A stretch of DNA of 64,000 nt from Guillardia theta CCMP2712 (GCF_000315625.1 NW_005434481.1:1-64000), one strand, 5' to 3'. Counted from the first letter of the stretch, positions 47,274 to 61,569 are shown. Notes: generated by a model from the letters alone, not told the origin. Translations and numbers: made by a program.

Positions 47274-48246
47274 TCATGAGTTGTCACCTGCGAGTACGGT
47301 TTAGTCTGCATATAGTATCACAGTGTGTCACGGCACGGTGATGGCAAAATGAGCTATAAAACACTGTGACACGCACACAGTGCCGCTTGCAAGCAACAAG
47401 AAGGCACCAAGAAGCAAGAGACTTGTCAAGTGAGTGATGATGACACATTGATGGTTCTGGGGCGGGCTCAGCGATAGGGTTGCGGACTCCGGAAGGCTCC
47501 CTGAAAGTGACGGTTGCCGCGGCCGGGCAGTGCGGACTCGGGTATACCGTCAATCATACGGAGGGGCAGTATGGAGTTCCGGAGTCAGGATGTGGGTTAT
47601 CATAGTAAACCTGAGGCGTCCGTAACCGTGGGTGGTCTGCCTGGGCCTGGACCTTTCTCCCTGGCCGCCTTCGCTTATAAAGAGTGTGACTGAGTTGCCC
47701 GGGGGATCCGAGGACCCCCGACGGCCTCAGCCTGTACTGTACTACCGTACCCGCCCTATACGCTTCTACCCCTGCTTTACCCCGTATGAACAAGGGTAGG
47801 GGTATCTTTTTAGGAGGGAGTGGGTGAGTTTGCATGGAAATCGCAATGGCAGCATGGTGGCGACCAGGGTTGAGGATGATGAATTCAGCCTGTGCAATGA
47901 TGACAATCACGAAACCATCCTGTCAGAGAATGAAAGTTGTCAGATCTATATCATCGGATGTCAATCATTTGGATGTCATCGTTGCAGTGTTTGATGTTTC
48001 TACAATTCGTTTTCTCTTTTTTCGACTCGCCACGCAATCCCCGCAGCCGGGGCATGTTACTGGTGAACTCTCCATGATATTCTACTGACTCATCACACAA
48101 TCGTTCTATGGTGTTGCTCTATGTGTTATTTCTGGTTCCTCGTCATCACTTTTTGTTCCATCCTGTACATCGAAAACTTCACGCTAGTGCGTTTTGCTGA
48201 GAACAATTCGCTTGTTCGAAAGCTCGCTTCTTCGAATGCTCATAGC

Positions 48247-49545
48247 ATGTACACAAGACAGAAGCAAGTCCTCAAAAGCCTTTCGCAGCTCTTGTGCTAG
48301 AAATGCGGGAGCATCACCTTCCCTGATATTTCCACCTCCACCCCCATCTCAATCTCGTTCTCTGCCTGTCGGGGTCACCAGACTCAACAGCTCCAGTTCA
48401 CCTGTGTTTGTGCCCTCCACAGGACGATCGTCTCCTAGCATGAAGAGCACGGAAGTTTCCTCACGCAGAGCTGATTCTCTGCGTTGTGGCTTGAGTTTCA
48501 CCGCCAGATCTCTGGGAAGCGGGGCGGTCTTGACGACGAGGTCTATACCGGGCTGCACGGGAGCGGCCTCGAAGTTCATGACAGGGGCCACGCTGACCTC
48601 ATGGCCATCATGGCCTGAGCAGAGGCGATCTTGAGCAGTGTCTCCCATGGGACTCCGCCCGCGGTCGTGTGGATGACCTGGTTGACGGGAGGGCAGGTCC
48701 CCCGCCAGGACGAACATGTCCATGCACACCTTCATCGCGGGGTAGGAAGAATGCCCATTCGGATCGATGCGATTGCGTTGTCGCTGATGGGGAAATCCTC
48801 ATCGTTTTGCTTACAGAAGATCTGCAGGGCACGCACGAACGGGTGCTGGCAGGAGTAGATTAGAGGGGCTGTATGTTGCCTCTCACTCTGCTTGCACAGG
48901 CGCGTGGTCATATTTTGCCGGTATGAAATGCTTTATGATTTATACAGTCGATACACCGTCTGTCTTGTCCTCGGCGGATGACGGGCTCATTTCCGAGTAC
49001 TTTCTCTTCGTTGCCGTTTATACGCCCGCGCGGCCGAGTCGGGCAGGTCGGCCAAGTTTTGCTTGTGTATCTCGTATTAAAAGACGATCATCCGATGGAG
49101 TCCGATAGCAGCTTGACACTGCCAAGATTCCCGGAAAGATGGCAGGTGTCGGGGTAGCTATCGGAGAAGCCCTGGCTCCATGCGAGTGCCTTGGTCTTGA
49201 AATCCTTCCAGTTGGTGTTGGATAGGACAGAGCAGTCGGAGGGGAGCCTCTCTGACATGCTCTCACTGCGAATTTTGTTCTCTACCTTGCCCAGCACTGT
49301 CTCCATCTGGTCTCTCGAAGCTAGCGGAAAGATAATCGATCTCTCCGACTCGTCACTCAAGGCTCCAAGCCCGCCCCACAGAACAACTTTTGAGAGTCGC
49401 CCCCGGACAGTCGTCCGAGTCTCCGAGCCCGAGCCGAGTCTGCGGCGGGGCTGTGCGATCTTGTCCGGCCAATAGTTGGGATCGAGTCTTCGACCCTTGA
49501 TCGGACGTGGCGGCGGCGCCACTGATCATCCGTTCAAGTGTTCAA
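48247..49545 (-). repeat. Copy 2 of the duplication, with extra internal sequence and an insertion-riddled end
   Basis: Retains ~48669-48807, which is absent from copy 1. Degenerates after ~49345. Confidence 0.8.
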
Positions 49546-51096
49546 GCAGCCCGCCGCCGGGCACACTGCCCTGAGGCGGCCGCTGAGGGCCCGGCCTCAG
49601 GGCCTCACCGCGGCCGGTCACCGTTGCCACTCAGGTCAGTTCAACGCCGGGTTACTAGCCTACTAGGCGGCTAGTACGGTAGGCTCACGGCGTTGCCGGG
49701 CCCGGCGCTCGGCCGGCACGCCCGTCGTGACCGTACCGGGGTCTCAACTTCCGGGCCGCGCCCTGAGTTGATTGCGAGTCACTGAGTGGCTAGTAACCGG
49801 GCCGCGGCCGTTTGACGAGCACTGCGCATCGGAGTGTTCACGCCGGGGGGACTGCCGCCGGGGCGCGGCCCGTCGCCGGGCCGGCCGGGACGGTTGCCAA
49901 CTTTGAAGTTGGCATACCGCCGCCGGGCACCGGTGACCGGGCGGCGGCGTGCCACCGTCACGGCCGTCACTGCCGTCACAGTGCGGTGGCCCGGGCCCGG
50001 TGACCGCTCACGGTCCCGGCCCCGCCGGCCGCCGGCTCAGTCCCGACTCCGAGTCACTGGCCGCAGTGGGCCAGTGGATCATCCGATCGGTCGGATATCC
50101 GGTACTATAACTCCTGCAAGCCCGAGCCCGTGGCGGCATCCGTGCCTCGAAGTTCACCGTGCCACCGGCACGGTGAACTTCGGAACGTAGGCTCGCCCGG
50201 GCTCCTGCAGTACCATCAACCCCCCCCATCTCCCTCCCCCCCCGCCCCCCCGTCACGGACTCGCCGGTACGTTCCCCCCCCACCGTACTAGTACCGGTCA
50301 TGGGCACTCATTTGTTTTGACTCGTTTTGTTGCCGGGTAGGGTCGTCTTGGCTCCATGGCGTGACTGTCGGTACTTTTACAAGACAGTCACGGAATCCGA
50401 GTCAGAGTTTTACTACTCAATGTTGTGACAGGGGTCCATTTGATGGAAAAGAGGGGGTAGTCAGGTCTGGCACACTGACAGACAGTCGGTAGTTTTCAAT
50501 CAGTCGGGGGCAATGAGGGGTAGTCGTTGATTGATATACGAAGAGGTAGGGTGAGTTTGAACACCTATGGAGGGGTGATCTGAACACCAAGCCCCTGCCA
50601 GGGGTAGGTAGGTTCAAGGAATAAACTCTGATTGCGAAAAGCTTGGTTTTGGTTCACAGTCATGTCCACCAAGGAGTAAAGTACCTTGATCCGAACGAAT
50701 CATTGTGTTTTCAAAATGTTTTATTCGAAAACTACAATTTACTACTGTTTTAATAGAACACGTAACAATGACTGCCGTGAAGCGATGTGGTTTTGAGACC
50801 CATCCTAACGTACAGGTCGAGATATGCGTCCTTTGCTCCTTGCCATGTCAATGTCCGACTATATCATACTACCCCTACCCCCCTTGATTCATCTTTCGTG
50901 TAACCCACCCGTACCTTAATCATGTTTGAACCCTCGATATGCCCTGGAACAAATTTAGAGATTTCACCCCTACCCCCTCATTTCGACCTCTGACCCAAAG
51001 ATACATAGAGGGCAGAGGGTGGGGGTGTAGACGGGAATCAGGGGCATCGCAAGGGGGTGACAAAAACCAGGAGCAAGAGCGCGGTAGAACATCGAC

Positions 51097-52267
51097 ATGC
51101 TGCAGGCTGCCAAGCAACGCTTCCTCTCCTTCCGTCGGTCCCAGACCTCTCCCTCTCCCCTTCTCATCTCCTCCAATCCTCCCTCCTCCTCCCATGCCTC
51201 CTATCATCCAGCAGAACCTTGCGAGATCTCCGAGGCTTCCGGGTGTGACTTGAGTTACGACCGACTTATGCCAGCCGCGCCCCAAGGGAGCATGCTGCGG
51301 AGAAGACATGGCTTCCGAGCGAACTTCCAGGAGGAGTTCGAGAAGCTTGATGCCAATGGTGACGATGACCGCTGCGTGTGGATGTAGGGCTGACGCAAGC
51401 ATGCAGGGGACGGGTTCCTGACGCTGGAGGAGCTGGCGGCAGGGCTGAATCATCACATGGGGGAGGCAGAGCTCATCGCTCTGTTCAACAAGCTGGACAC
51501 GAACAAGGACGGGAGGATCTCTCTCGACGAGTACGTCATGGGCAGCGTGAACAACTGCAGAGAGCACGCCTCGAGGGTTCAGGACGGCGTGACGGAAAGT
51601 ATCAACAACCTGGAGCACGTTCTAGACGATTTGCGCAAGGACAAGACGTTGGACAGCTTGTCCAAGCTGATCACAGATTCGATCGAGAAGAGAAACAAGG
51701 CGGTGTGGAAGGAGAAGAAGGGGATCTACCGGAAGATGCCCTACGACGAGTTCAAGAACCTTTTGTTCTCCAAGTTCGATGCCCGAGACGCGAGCAGGAG
51801 CGGAGGCATCAACGAGGACAGGGCGCTTGTCTTGTTCCAGGACCTCGGCAAGACTTTCTCCAAGCCCGACTTCCGCGTGTTTCTCAGCAGCAACGACGTG
51901 AACCACGAGGAGGACATCTCTCGCGAGCAAGTGCTAAAGCTGATGCTCGAACTGCTCAAGGAAAAGGCCAAGTTCTCCAGCTCCGTTCGCCGACTCATGG
52001 TGCTGTCCCAGCCCAAGAAGTCTCCAGCAGGACGAAGCGTCGAGGACTACCTGCAGCAGCAGGTGGAGGAGATCAAGGACGCGGGCAAGAAGGCCAAGTT
52101 GTGGAAGAAGAACGCTCTCAAGGCAAGGTCGTTCGGGGCCAAGTCAAACAAGCTCGCAGCTGCTCAGCCCGTCCTGCGTCGAGCTGCTTCAGCTGATCAG
52201 GCCAACTACTTCCAGTGGGAGTTCAAGAGGCTGGACACGAATGGTGTGAACTTCTGCTCCCCTTTCA

Positions 52268-52306
<39 letters not shown>

Positions 52307-52622
52307 ACTTCCCTGAGGCTCCTGAATATGTGGTGTTTTCTCTGATGTTGAGCTCCAGGGGATGGCGTCCTAACGGCCGAAGAGCTCTTTGACGGGCTCA
52401 AGCATCGGCTCGGGCAGGATGAACTTTCCGAGCTCTTCGACAACATTGTAAGTTGATGGTGCTGCAGGGAGGGCGAGGGAGAACATGGCGAGGGGGAGCG
52501 AGGGAAGGCGAAGGAGGAGCAACTGACTGTCTTGACAGGATGTGAATGGAGATGGTCTGATCAGCCAAGATGAATATGTGGAAGCAAGGAAGACAATGCA
52601 GGCATTCCAGAAGCTGTTCTAA
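51097..52622 (+). CDS. Multi-EF-hand calcium-binding protein, about 3 introns
   Basis: Canonical loops DANGDGFLTLEE, DTNKDGRISLDE, DTNGDGVLTAEE, DVNGDGLISQDE after splicing GT-AG introns. Start codon uncertain. Confidence 0.85.
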
Positions 52623-53097
52623 GCCATGAGTGATGATGTAGAATATCGTGATGAGGTTGTACATAAACAGCGTGTGGTCGAGAATTGTATGCTTGTTCTC
52701 TGGGATAAAGAGGACTAAACAAGGGAGGCGAGGAGGAAGAGGGAGGGGGGCGAGGGGACGAGGAAGAAGACAAACGGAAGAGATTCAGGCAAGGTGAAAG
52801 TTTTCTCAAGAGTTTGCACTGTCTGTCTGTTGAGCAACCTGCATGGCTGTCATGTTGAGAAATCTGGTTCAGAGGATGGAAGGAGGCAGGAAGAAAGGAG
52901 GGGCAGGAAAAAGGAGGGAGGACGAAGAAAGATTCAAGAGGAGGAGAAAGGAGGACGAGAGGAGCAAACAAAAGGCGAGGTTGAAGAAAAAGCCTCACAG
53001 CGTCTGCTTGCGCCAAGGGAACATCATCTTTTTCTTCTCTTTTCTCTAATTGCTGCTAAAACATTGCTTGTTACATGGAAGGAGGAGGATGAACATA

Positions 53098-54622
53098 CCT
53101 GGTCAGGTTTGCGATCTTGCGGCGCATGAGAGCGAAGAAGAAGAGTTCCCATGCAGAGGTTGAGGATGCAAAACATGAAGAGAGACCTGAAGAACACGGT
53201 TGAGGACGGCAAGATATTGATGGAAGAGAAGGAGAAAAGATTGAATTGTCAAGACCGACGATTAACAGGAGTTTGTTGATGTGATTGTGATGGTCGCGGT
53301 AGTGCTAAAGGTTCTGGTTGTAGAGAACAGGCAGCAGAGGGAGATGAGGAAAACAGAGGAGGAGGGGAAAAAGGTGGAGGTAGTCCTTTCAGTTGTTGAG
53401 GATGAGGAGAAGAATGAGGAGGAGAAGGATAAGGACGAGGAGGAGGAGGAGGAGGAGGAGGAGGAGGAGGACGACGACGAGGAGGAGGAGGAGGAGGAGG
53501 AGGAGGAAGAGGAAGAGGAAGAGGAGGATGGAGGAGGAGGAGGNNNNNNNNNNNNNNNNNNNNNNNNNNNNNNNNNNNNNNNNNNNNNNNNNNNNNNNNN
53601 NNNNNNNNNNNNNNNNNNNNNNNNNNNNNNNNNNNNNNNNNNNTAGAAAACGAGAGGGAGGAAGAGGAGAGGAGAGGTGGGGGAGAGGAGCAGGAGGGGA
53701 GGGAAGGGGAAGGGAGGGAGGGGAGAGCAGACCAGAGCAGACCAGAGAAAAGAGGCAAGGATACAAAAAGAGGAGAGGAGAGAAAAGAGGAGAGGAGAGA
53801 AAGAGGAGAGGAGAGGGGAGGGGAGGAGAGGAGAGGAGAGGAGAGGAGAGGAGAGGAGAGGAGAGGAGAGGAGAGGAGAGGAGAGGAGAGGAGAGGAGAG
53901 GAGAGGAGAGGAAAGGAGAGAATTGAGGATAAAGACGGGCGAAGCACAGCACAAAAGAGGATGGAACTATTCTGAGTGTACCGACAGCAGTGTAGACTAT
54001 GGAGGCGCTTTCGTCTGGCTGATTTCGCTCTGCGAAGTTGTGAGGAAAAGAAAACGATAGAGAGGAGGGGAGGAGAGATGAGATGAGAGATGAGAGATGA
54101 GAGATGAGAGGAGGAATGGGCGAGGAGGAAGAAGTAGGAATTGGAACAGGACGAGGAACGAGGAAGAGAGGGAGACAAGAAGTGCGATAAGAAACGAGAC
54201 TGCAGAAGGAAGAGGAGGAGGAGGAGTAGAACGATGATACCTGACAGAAGAGCTTTGATATGAACATTTAAACCCCCCCATCCTAACCCCAGATGTTTGG
54301 TCAGCCACACCTCTAATTCCAACACTGTCTCCTCCTCCGCCACCATCTCTACCTCCACCTCCTCCCCTTCCTCCCTCGACCACGAGCTCGTTCTTGTCTC
54401 CGTCCTTGTCCTCGTGCTTGTGCTCGTCCTCGTTCTTACCCATGTTTTCCTTACGTCTCATCGTACGCTACTAGTAGCATCTCCTACCCTTCCTCTACCT
54501 CTAGACTCCTTCTCCCTCCCTTTTGTCTTTCTTTGCTCTTACCTAAAGTCCCTATGACGGTGGAAAACACCAGAGCCCAGCACTGGATATGTACTCAACA
54601 ATTGAATGTAGCTCGCACACTC

Positions 54623-54657
<35 letters not shown>

Positions 54658-56329
54658 TCCATCATCATCATCATCATCTCCATCATCGTAACGTCATCTC
54701 TATCTCCATCATTGTTATCGTCGTCGTCGTCGTCATCATCATCATCATCATCATCATCATCGTCATCATCATCACACCTGCCATGTTCGTATTGCTTCTT
54801 CGAATGTGTAATTTTGCTCATCTTGCTCCGGATCTAACCAGCTGCCACCTAACGACGACGATGATGCTGCCGTCGGTTTTTCCTGAAAACTCTCCATCAG
54901 CTTTCTCTTCTCGTCCTCGCCCTCGCCCTTGCCCTTTCCCTTGTCCTTGTCCTTGTTCTCGTTCTCGTTCTCCTCCTCGCCCTCGTCCTCTCCCTTGTCC
55001 TCGTTCTCCTCCTCGTTCTCTCCCTCGTCCTCGCCCTCGTCCTCGTCCTCGCCCTCATCCTTGTTGCCCTTTCCCTTTCCTCTCCTTTCTCCCTCCTCTC
55101 TCTCACCGTCGTCACGCCATCTGCTCGCTGTCCAACATGGTCCGGCCTCTCGACCAGGAAAAAGAGCGAAAATTGCAGGATAGCGAGGACAATCACCCCT
55201 GGTAAGAGGTCAGAAGGAGGCGCCCCCCCCCCCTCTCCCTCCTCCTCCTCCTCTTCCTCCTCCTCCTTCTCCTGATCCTGCTCTTGCTCCTGGTCCCCCT
55301 GGTCCTCCTCTCACTCCTCCTGATCCTGATCGTGATCCTGCTCCTGGTCCTCCTGGTCCTTCTGGTCCTCCTGGTCGTCCTCCTCTCACTCCCCTGATCC
55401 TGATCGTGATCCTGCTCTTGATCCTCCTGGTCCTTCTGGTCCTCCTGGTTGCGTCCTCTTCCTCCTGATCGTGATCGTGCTCCTCCTGCTCCTGCTCCTG
55501 CTCCTCCTCCTCCTCCTCCTCCTCCTCCTCCTCCTCCTCCTCTTCCTCCTCTTCCTCCTTCTCGATCACCTTCCATTCTTGTCGCTGCTCGCCAACCGTA
55601 GGCCGACATGAGCTGATCAAAGGCTGCAGCACAAAGAAGTTGAATCCCCAAAACAATCTGCAAGATCAGCAGGAGTGAGACATTCTTCTTCCTTGTTCTC
55701 TTCCTTGTCATTCTTCTTCCTTGTTCTCTTCCTTGTCATTCTTCTTCCTTGTTCTCTTCCTTGTCATTCTTCTTCCTTGTTCTCTTCCTTGTCATTCTTC
55801 TTCCTTGTTCTCTTCCTTGTCATTCTTCTTCCTTGTTCTCTTCCTTGTCATTCTTCTTCCTTGTTCTCTTCCTTGTCATTCTTCTTCCTTGTTCTCTTCC
55901 TTGTCATTCTTCTTCTTTGTTCTCTTCCTTGTCATTCTTCTTCTTTGTTCTCTTCCTTGTCATTCTCTCTCTTATCAGGAGTGAGACATTCTTCTTCCTT
56001 GTTCTCTTCCTTGTCATTCTCTCTCTTATCAGGAGTGAGACATTCTTCTTTCTTGTTCTCTTCCTTGTCATTCTCTCTCTTATCAGGAGTGAGACATTCT
56101 TCTTCCTTGTTCTCTTCCTTGTCATTCTCTCTCTTATCAGGAGTGAGACATTCTTCTTTCTTGTTCGCTTCCTTGTTATTCTCTCTCTTATCAGGAGTGA
56201 GACATTCTTCTTCCTTGTTCTCTTCCTTGTCATTCTCTCTCTTATCAGGAGTGAGACATTCTTCTTTCTTGTTCTCTCCCTTGTCATTCTCTCTCTTATC
56301 ATTGTTTTCAGACAATCCCAAGAGCATAA

Positions 56330-56394
<65 letters not shown>

Positions 56395-57576
56395 TGCTGC
56401 TCCTGCTGCTCCTGCCCATCCACCGCCTGCTCTCTGCCTCTATCTCCCATCTCTGCCCTCCACCACCATGATTTCATTGTCTTCTCCCTCCCTCCTCACT
56501 TTGCTTCTCCTCCCATTTTTCCCAACCATCTCCTCCTCCTCCTCCTCCTCCTCCTCCTCGTTTTTCCTCTTTGTCACCTGCAGTCCGGCCATGGCGCGTC
56601 CTCGCCACCTGTGGAACCATCGGTTGACGGTGAAGATGGCGCAGAAGCCCATGGTCTCAGGTCCGAACATGCGCAGGCAGAAGTAGCAGAGGATGAAGAG
56701 GAAGCGGTTGCTGGTGTAGGCTGAGGCAGGTAAGAGATTCTGATACGATTGAGCACGGGGAGAAGAATCAAGGGAGAAGGAGGAGGAAGATGAGGAAGAA
56801 GAAGAGAAGAATAGAAACGGCAGAAGCATAGAAAGATGAAGTCTAGTTGCATCAACACGCGCAGGAGGAGGAGGAGGAGAAGGAGGAGGACGAGGAGGAG
56901 GACGAGGAGGAGGATCAGAAGAAGGAGGAGGAGGAGGTGGAGGTAGACCAGGAGGAGGAGGAGGAAGCAGGAGGAGCAGGAAGAGCATCTTACAGAGGAG
57001 GAAGATGGCGGAAAGGAAGATGAGCTGTCCTGCACAGACCGTCCTCCAGGGGCCGAACNNNNNNNNNNNNNNNNNNNNNNNNNNNNNNNNNNNNNNNNNN
57101 NNNNNNNNNNNNNNNNNNNNNNNNNNNNNNNNNNNNNNNNNNNNNNNNNNNNNNNNNNNNNNNNNNNNNNNNNNNNNNNNNNNNNNNNNNNNNNNNNNNN
57201 NNNNNNNNNNNNNNNNNNNNNNNNNNNNNNNNNNNNNNNNNNNNNNNNNNNNNNNNNNNNNNNNNNNNNNNNNNNNNNNNNNNNNNNNNNNNNNNNNNNN
57301 NNNNNNNNNNNNNNNNNNNNNNNNNNNNNNNNNNNNNNNNNNNNNNNNNNNNNNNNNNNNNNNNNNNNNNNNNNNNNNNNNNNNNNNNNNNNNNNNNNNN
57401 NNNNNNNNNNNNNNNNNNNNNNNNNACCTCAAGGTCCACCACTAGCCTTTCAGTGTAGAGCCCCAGGAAGAACGTCAGGCCCGGAGACTCGGCGAGCTTG
57501 AGGGGCAGGCAGCCACACACGTACACAACCCACCCCAGCCACAGCCAAGGGTACCTCCTGCGGTACTGTGAGGGGG

Positions 57577-57627
<51 letters not shown>

Positions 57628-57955
57628 AGAGCAGCAGCAGCAGCAGGAGCAGCAGCAGGAGCAGCAGCAGGAGCAGCAGCAGCAGCAGGCGCATGAGCAG
57701 CAGGAGCAGCAGCAGCATGGGAGGAAGTAGCATGACTAGGATGAGTAGGATCATGCGAAATAGGACGGGGTTGGGGGGAAGAAGAGCTAAAGTCGAGGGA
57801 CGACAAGGACAAACGGCGAAGGGTGAGAGCGAACTCGAGGAGGAGGCAGGAAGTCTGATCGAAGAGGGTAGGAGGAAGAACCTGGAGAGGAAGGAGAAAG
57901 GGATTCTCAAACCATCAAATGGGTCCTTGTCCTGTGGCTGCTGACTCTCTCGCAT
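53098..57955 (-). CDS. Major facilitator superfamily transporter, fragmented by microsatellite-rich introns and gaps
   Basis: Exonic peptides LGWVVYVCG..PGLTFFLGLYTERLVVDL, FGPWRTVCAGQLIF, LRMFG..TVNRWFHRWRGRAMAG, FDQLMSAYGWRAA and LFFLVERPDHVG occur in MFS order. Boundaries uncertain. Confidence 0.65.
55671..56300 (+). repeat. Nested intronic minisatellite: 28-bp unit x~10 followed by a 54-bp unit x~6 containing the 28-mer
   Basis: CATTCTTCTTCCTTGTTCTCTTCCTTGT repeats, then AGGAGTGAGA + 28-mer + CATTCTCTCTCTTATC. Confidence 0.9.
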
Positions 57956-59017
57956 GGCTGATGATTTCTTGACTTTGATTCAGCTCCTCAGTATCAGTTT
58001 GCTCTTGCCACCAACATAGATGCTGTCTCAGCTGATAGTGATGTAAAGCTCCTCCCCTCTTCAGCTCCCGTTGATCTGTTTTCCCTGTTCGTGTACTTGC
58101 TCCTGCTTCCTCTGCTTCCGTCCTTCCTTCCTCTCCCCGCCCTTCCCTTGGCTTTCCGTCTACTTCTCGTCTTCCTAGTGCTTGTCCTCGTCCACACTCT
58201 CCTCAGCTTGCTCTCGCTCTCGCTCTCGCTCTCACTCTCCCTGCTGTCCTAGCACCCCATCAACATTTCCGTCTTGGTTGGGTCCCTCAATATTCTTTTT
58301 ATTCTATTTTTTTTATCTTTTACGGTCATCTTGCGATTTAAACCGGTTTGCTGACTCGATGGGACTCATCGAGCTTACAGTGGGTGGGGGTACTATAGTA
58401 CCCACTAAATAAGTGTCAATGAAGGCTATAAAATGGGGGTATAAGGTGATGAAGATGTTTCAGGGTGAGATAGGTTGTGAATAACACATAAGGAAAGAAT
58501 TCAGCAAGGAGAAAAAGCGAGGGGAGGAGGAGTAGGAGGAGGAGGAGGAGCAGGAGCAGGAGCAGGAGCAGGAGGAGCAGGAGGAGGAGCAGGAGCAGGA
58601 GCAGGAGCAGAACTTATGAATATTCGTGGCAGGAGCAGAAGGGGATGAGACTGAGATACATCGGGCATTATGGTTGACACGAGGCCAGGGAACAGGATCA
58701 AGAAACTGGTTGGGCTTCAGAACAAAGATCTGAGATTCGGAATAAGGAAGCTGAGATTCGAGATGTGAAACGATGGTTTGAGGAAGATAAATAATCAGTT
58801 CATGACAAGAATATCGTTTCATTATGGTGAATGGAGGGAGTGGATGAAAGATGGCGCCGTGGAGAGGTATGATGGTGACGGAGCTTTAGGTTGATTTGTT
58901 TGGATTCACTCTAATTTGTGTTGTCACGAGCTAGTTCCAATGAAAACACCGCACTGCATGTTGTGTTTCCTGTCCTGACAACAATTTACTGATGTATGAC
59001 TGCAGCCCAGACTGAAC

Positions 59018-60971
59018 ATGTCGAGAAGGATCTTGCTCCTCCTCTCCTCATTAACCCTCGTCTCTTCCTTCAACTCCCCTCTCCTCAGGTGCGCTCGACA
59101 CGCTCTCTCCTCCTCCTCCTCCTCCTCCTCCTCCTCCTCCTCCTCCTCCTCTTCTCCTTCTTCGTATGCTGCTGCTGCTGTCGCTGCCGCTGCCGCTGCC
59201 GCTGCCGCTGCTGTCGCTGCATGTTCATGACAGCATGCCAGCGTATCGCTTCCTTTTCTCCATCCCCCCTCAAGATCAATCTCTTCCTGCCTCCATCACT
59301 AACTCCAGTTGTTGACTTTGTGTGTAGTCACAGGGCCAGATTGTACTGCAAGACAAGACATTGCAAGCATTCCTCGTCCTTCCATGCTCCCACTCTCCCT
59401 CCCTCCTCTCCCTCCCTCCCTACGCTCTCCTGCGCTCCCCTGGCTGCTAGGAGGTCAGAGGTCACCATGCAGGATCGGTCGTCGATGCTGCAGCCGTTTG
59501 AGAGTCTCTTGAAGCTGAGGGAGGTGGAGAAAACACGAGGCCGCCTCCTCTTCTTCGACGACCCTCTCCGCGGTGTTGCATGCGACTCGGCAGAGTGGGA
59601 GCAGGAGGAGCAGGAGGAGGAAGCGGATGGAGCGAGCAAGCCGCTCTTCCTCTTCCTCCCAGGGTTCGATGGGACCGGAGTCAGCGCTCAGTCGCAGTTC
59701 GAGGACCTCGGGAGGACATACGTGGTTCGCAGAATGCAGTACCTGTCGCAAGACAGGTCAAACTTTGACGAGCTGGTTCGATTCGTCTGCTCCTACGTCA
59801 GGGGCTGGAGGGAGAGCAGGAGGAGGAGGAGGGAGAAGGACGCTGGTGTCTTCCTCCTCGGGGAGTCGTTCGGAGGCCTTCTTGCCCTTGCTGTCGCGCT
59901 GCAGCTAGAGGAGGAAGAACAAGGAGCAGTAGCGGGGCTTGTCCTCGCAAACCCCGCCTCCTCCTTCCTCCGCTCCGACTGGCCTCTCACCAGCCAGCTG
60001 ATCACCGAGCTGCCGGCAGCTCTCCCGTTCAAGGACCTCCAGCTTTCCCAGCTCGTCCCTCCTCTCCGCGACGGCCTGCTGGGTGAGCTGAGAAGCTCTT
60101 CTCTGCTCAACAAGACGCTCGGGAGCCTCTCCTATGCCTCCCTCGGCTCCTCCTTGCTCCTTACTAGGGCGCTGGATATGAAGACGGCTGGGGACCTGCT
60201 GGAGGGGACTAGGAACAGACTGCAGACGCTGTCGCAGTCCCTGCTGAGAGGTGACGTTGCAGGAGGAATCGCCGACCTGGTGAAGGTGAAACTCAAGAAA
60301 TCCCTCTCCCCCCCTCCCCTCCCCGCGCTTGTTCTCCTCCTCTTTTGCTCCTCTTCCTCTTCTTCTTCTTCTTCCTCTTCCTCTTCCTCTTCCTCTTCCT
60401 CTTCCTCTTCCTCTTCCTCTTCCTCTTCCTCTTCCTCTTCTTCTTCCTCTTCCTCTTCCTCTTCTTCTTCCTCTTCCTGCTACCGCTTCACTGGCTGCTG
60501 TTCTACTCTTGCTGCCCCCCTTCCCCTGCTTGTCTCCCTTGCTCTTGCTTGCTTCGCTTCTATAACCTTTTCTTCACTACCCTGCATCGACTTCTTCTTC
60601 TGCTCAACTCCATCGTTTATCCTCCTCCTTGTTCGTCCTCTGACTGATCCTTCACTTTCCGCTCTCTCTTTCCCGTTTCTCTTTCTACTTCCCCCTCTTC
60701 ACCTCACTCATCTTACCTACAGGACTCTTCCTGGGCTCTCGACTCGCTTCTTTCCATCCTCCCCGAAGACACTGTGCGGCACAGACTGAAGTTTTACCTG
60801 GAGCAAGGCAAGAGAAAGAGGGAGAGGAGAAGACGGAGAGAAGGGATGCGGAAGAGAGGGAGCGAGGGAGCGAGGGAAAAGCGATCAGAGAACCAAAATC
60901 TTCCTCAATCATTTTAAGAATAACAGAGAGAATGCGAGGAGGAAAGAGGAGGAGGAGGAGGAGGAGGAGGA

Positions 60972-61019
<48 letters not shown>

Positions 61020-61439
61020 CTGACGAAGAATCAGGGTCTGAAAGGATTAGCAACAAGTTGAAGGACTTGAAGTGCGACGTTATCGTGCTGGTCGGATCTA
61101 ACGATAATGTTCTGCCTAGCCGAGAAGAGGTGATATATGTCCTCCTTACCATTCCTCTCTCGCCGTCGTCGTCCTCCTCCTCCTCCTCCTCCTCCTCCTC
61201 CTCCTCCTCCTCCTCCCTCTCTCTACTTCCCCGCCTGCTTGTTTTATTTCCTTCCTCTTCCCCATCCTTCAGCGCTCGTTCATAATCAATGCAGGCGGAT
61301 CGACTTGCTAAAGAAATTCCATCTTGTGAAGTCAAAGTGATACGAAACGCCGGGTGATATAAGATTAACACCATCCCATCACAACTTTATTTACTTCTTT
61401 CTCCACCATCACAACTAAGTTTCAAATGCTTCCCACTGC

Positions 61440-61495
<56 letters not shown>

Positions 61496-61496
61496 C

Positions 61497-61569
<73 letters not shown>

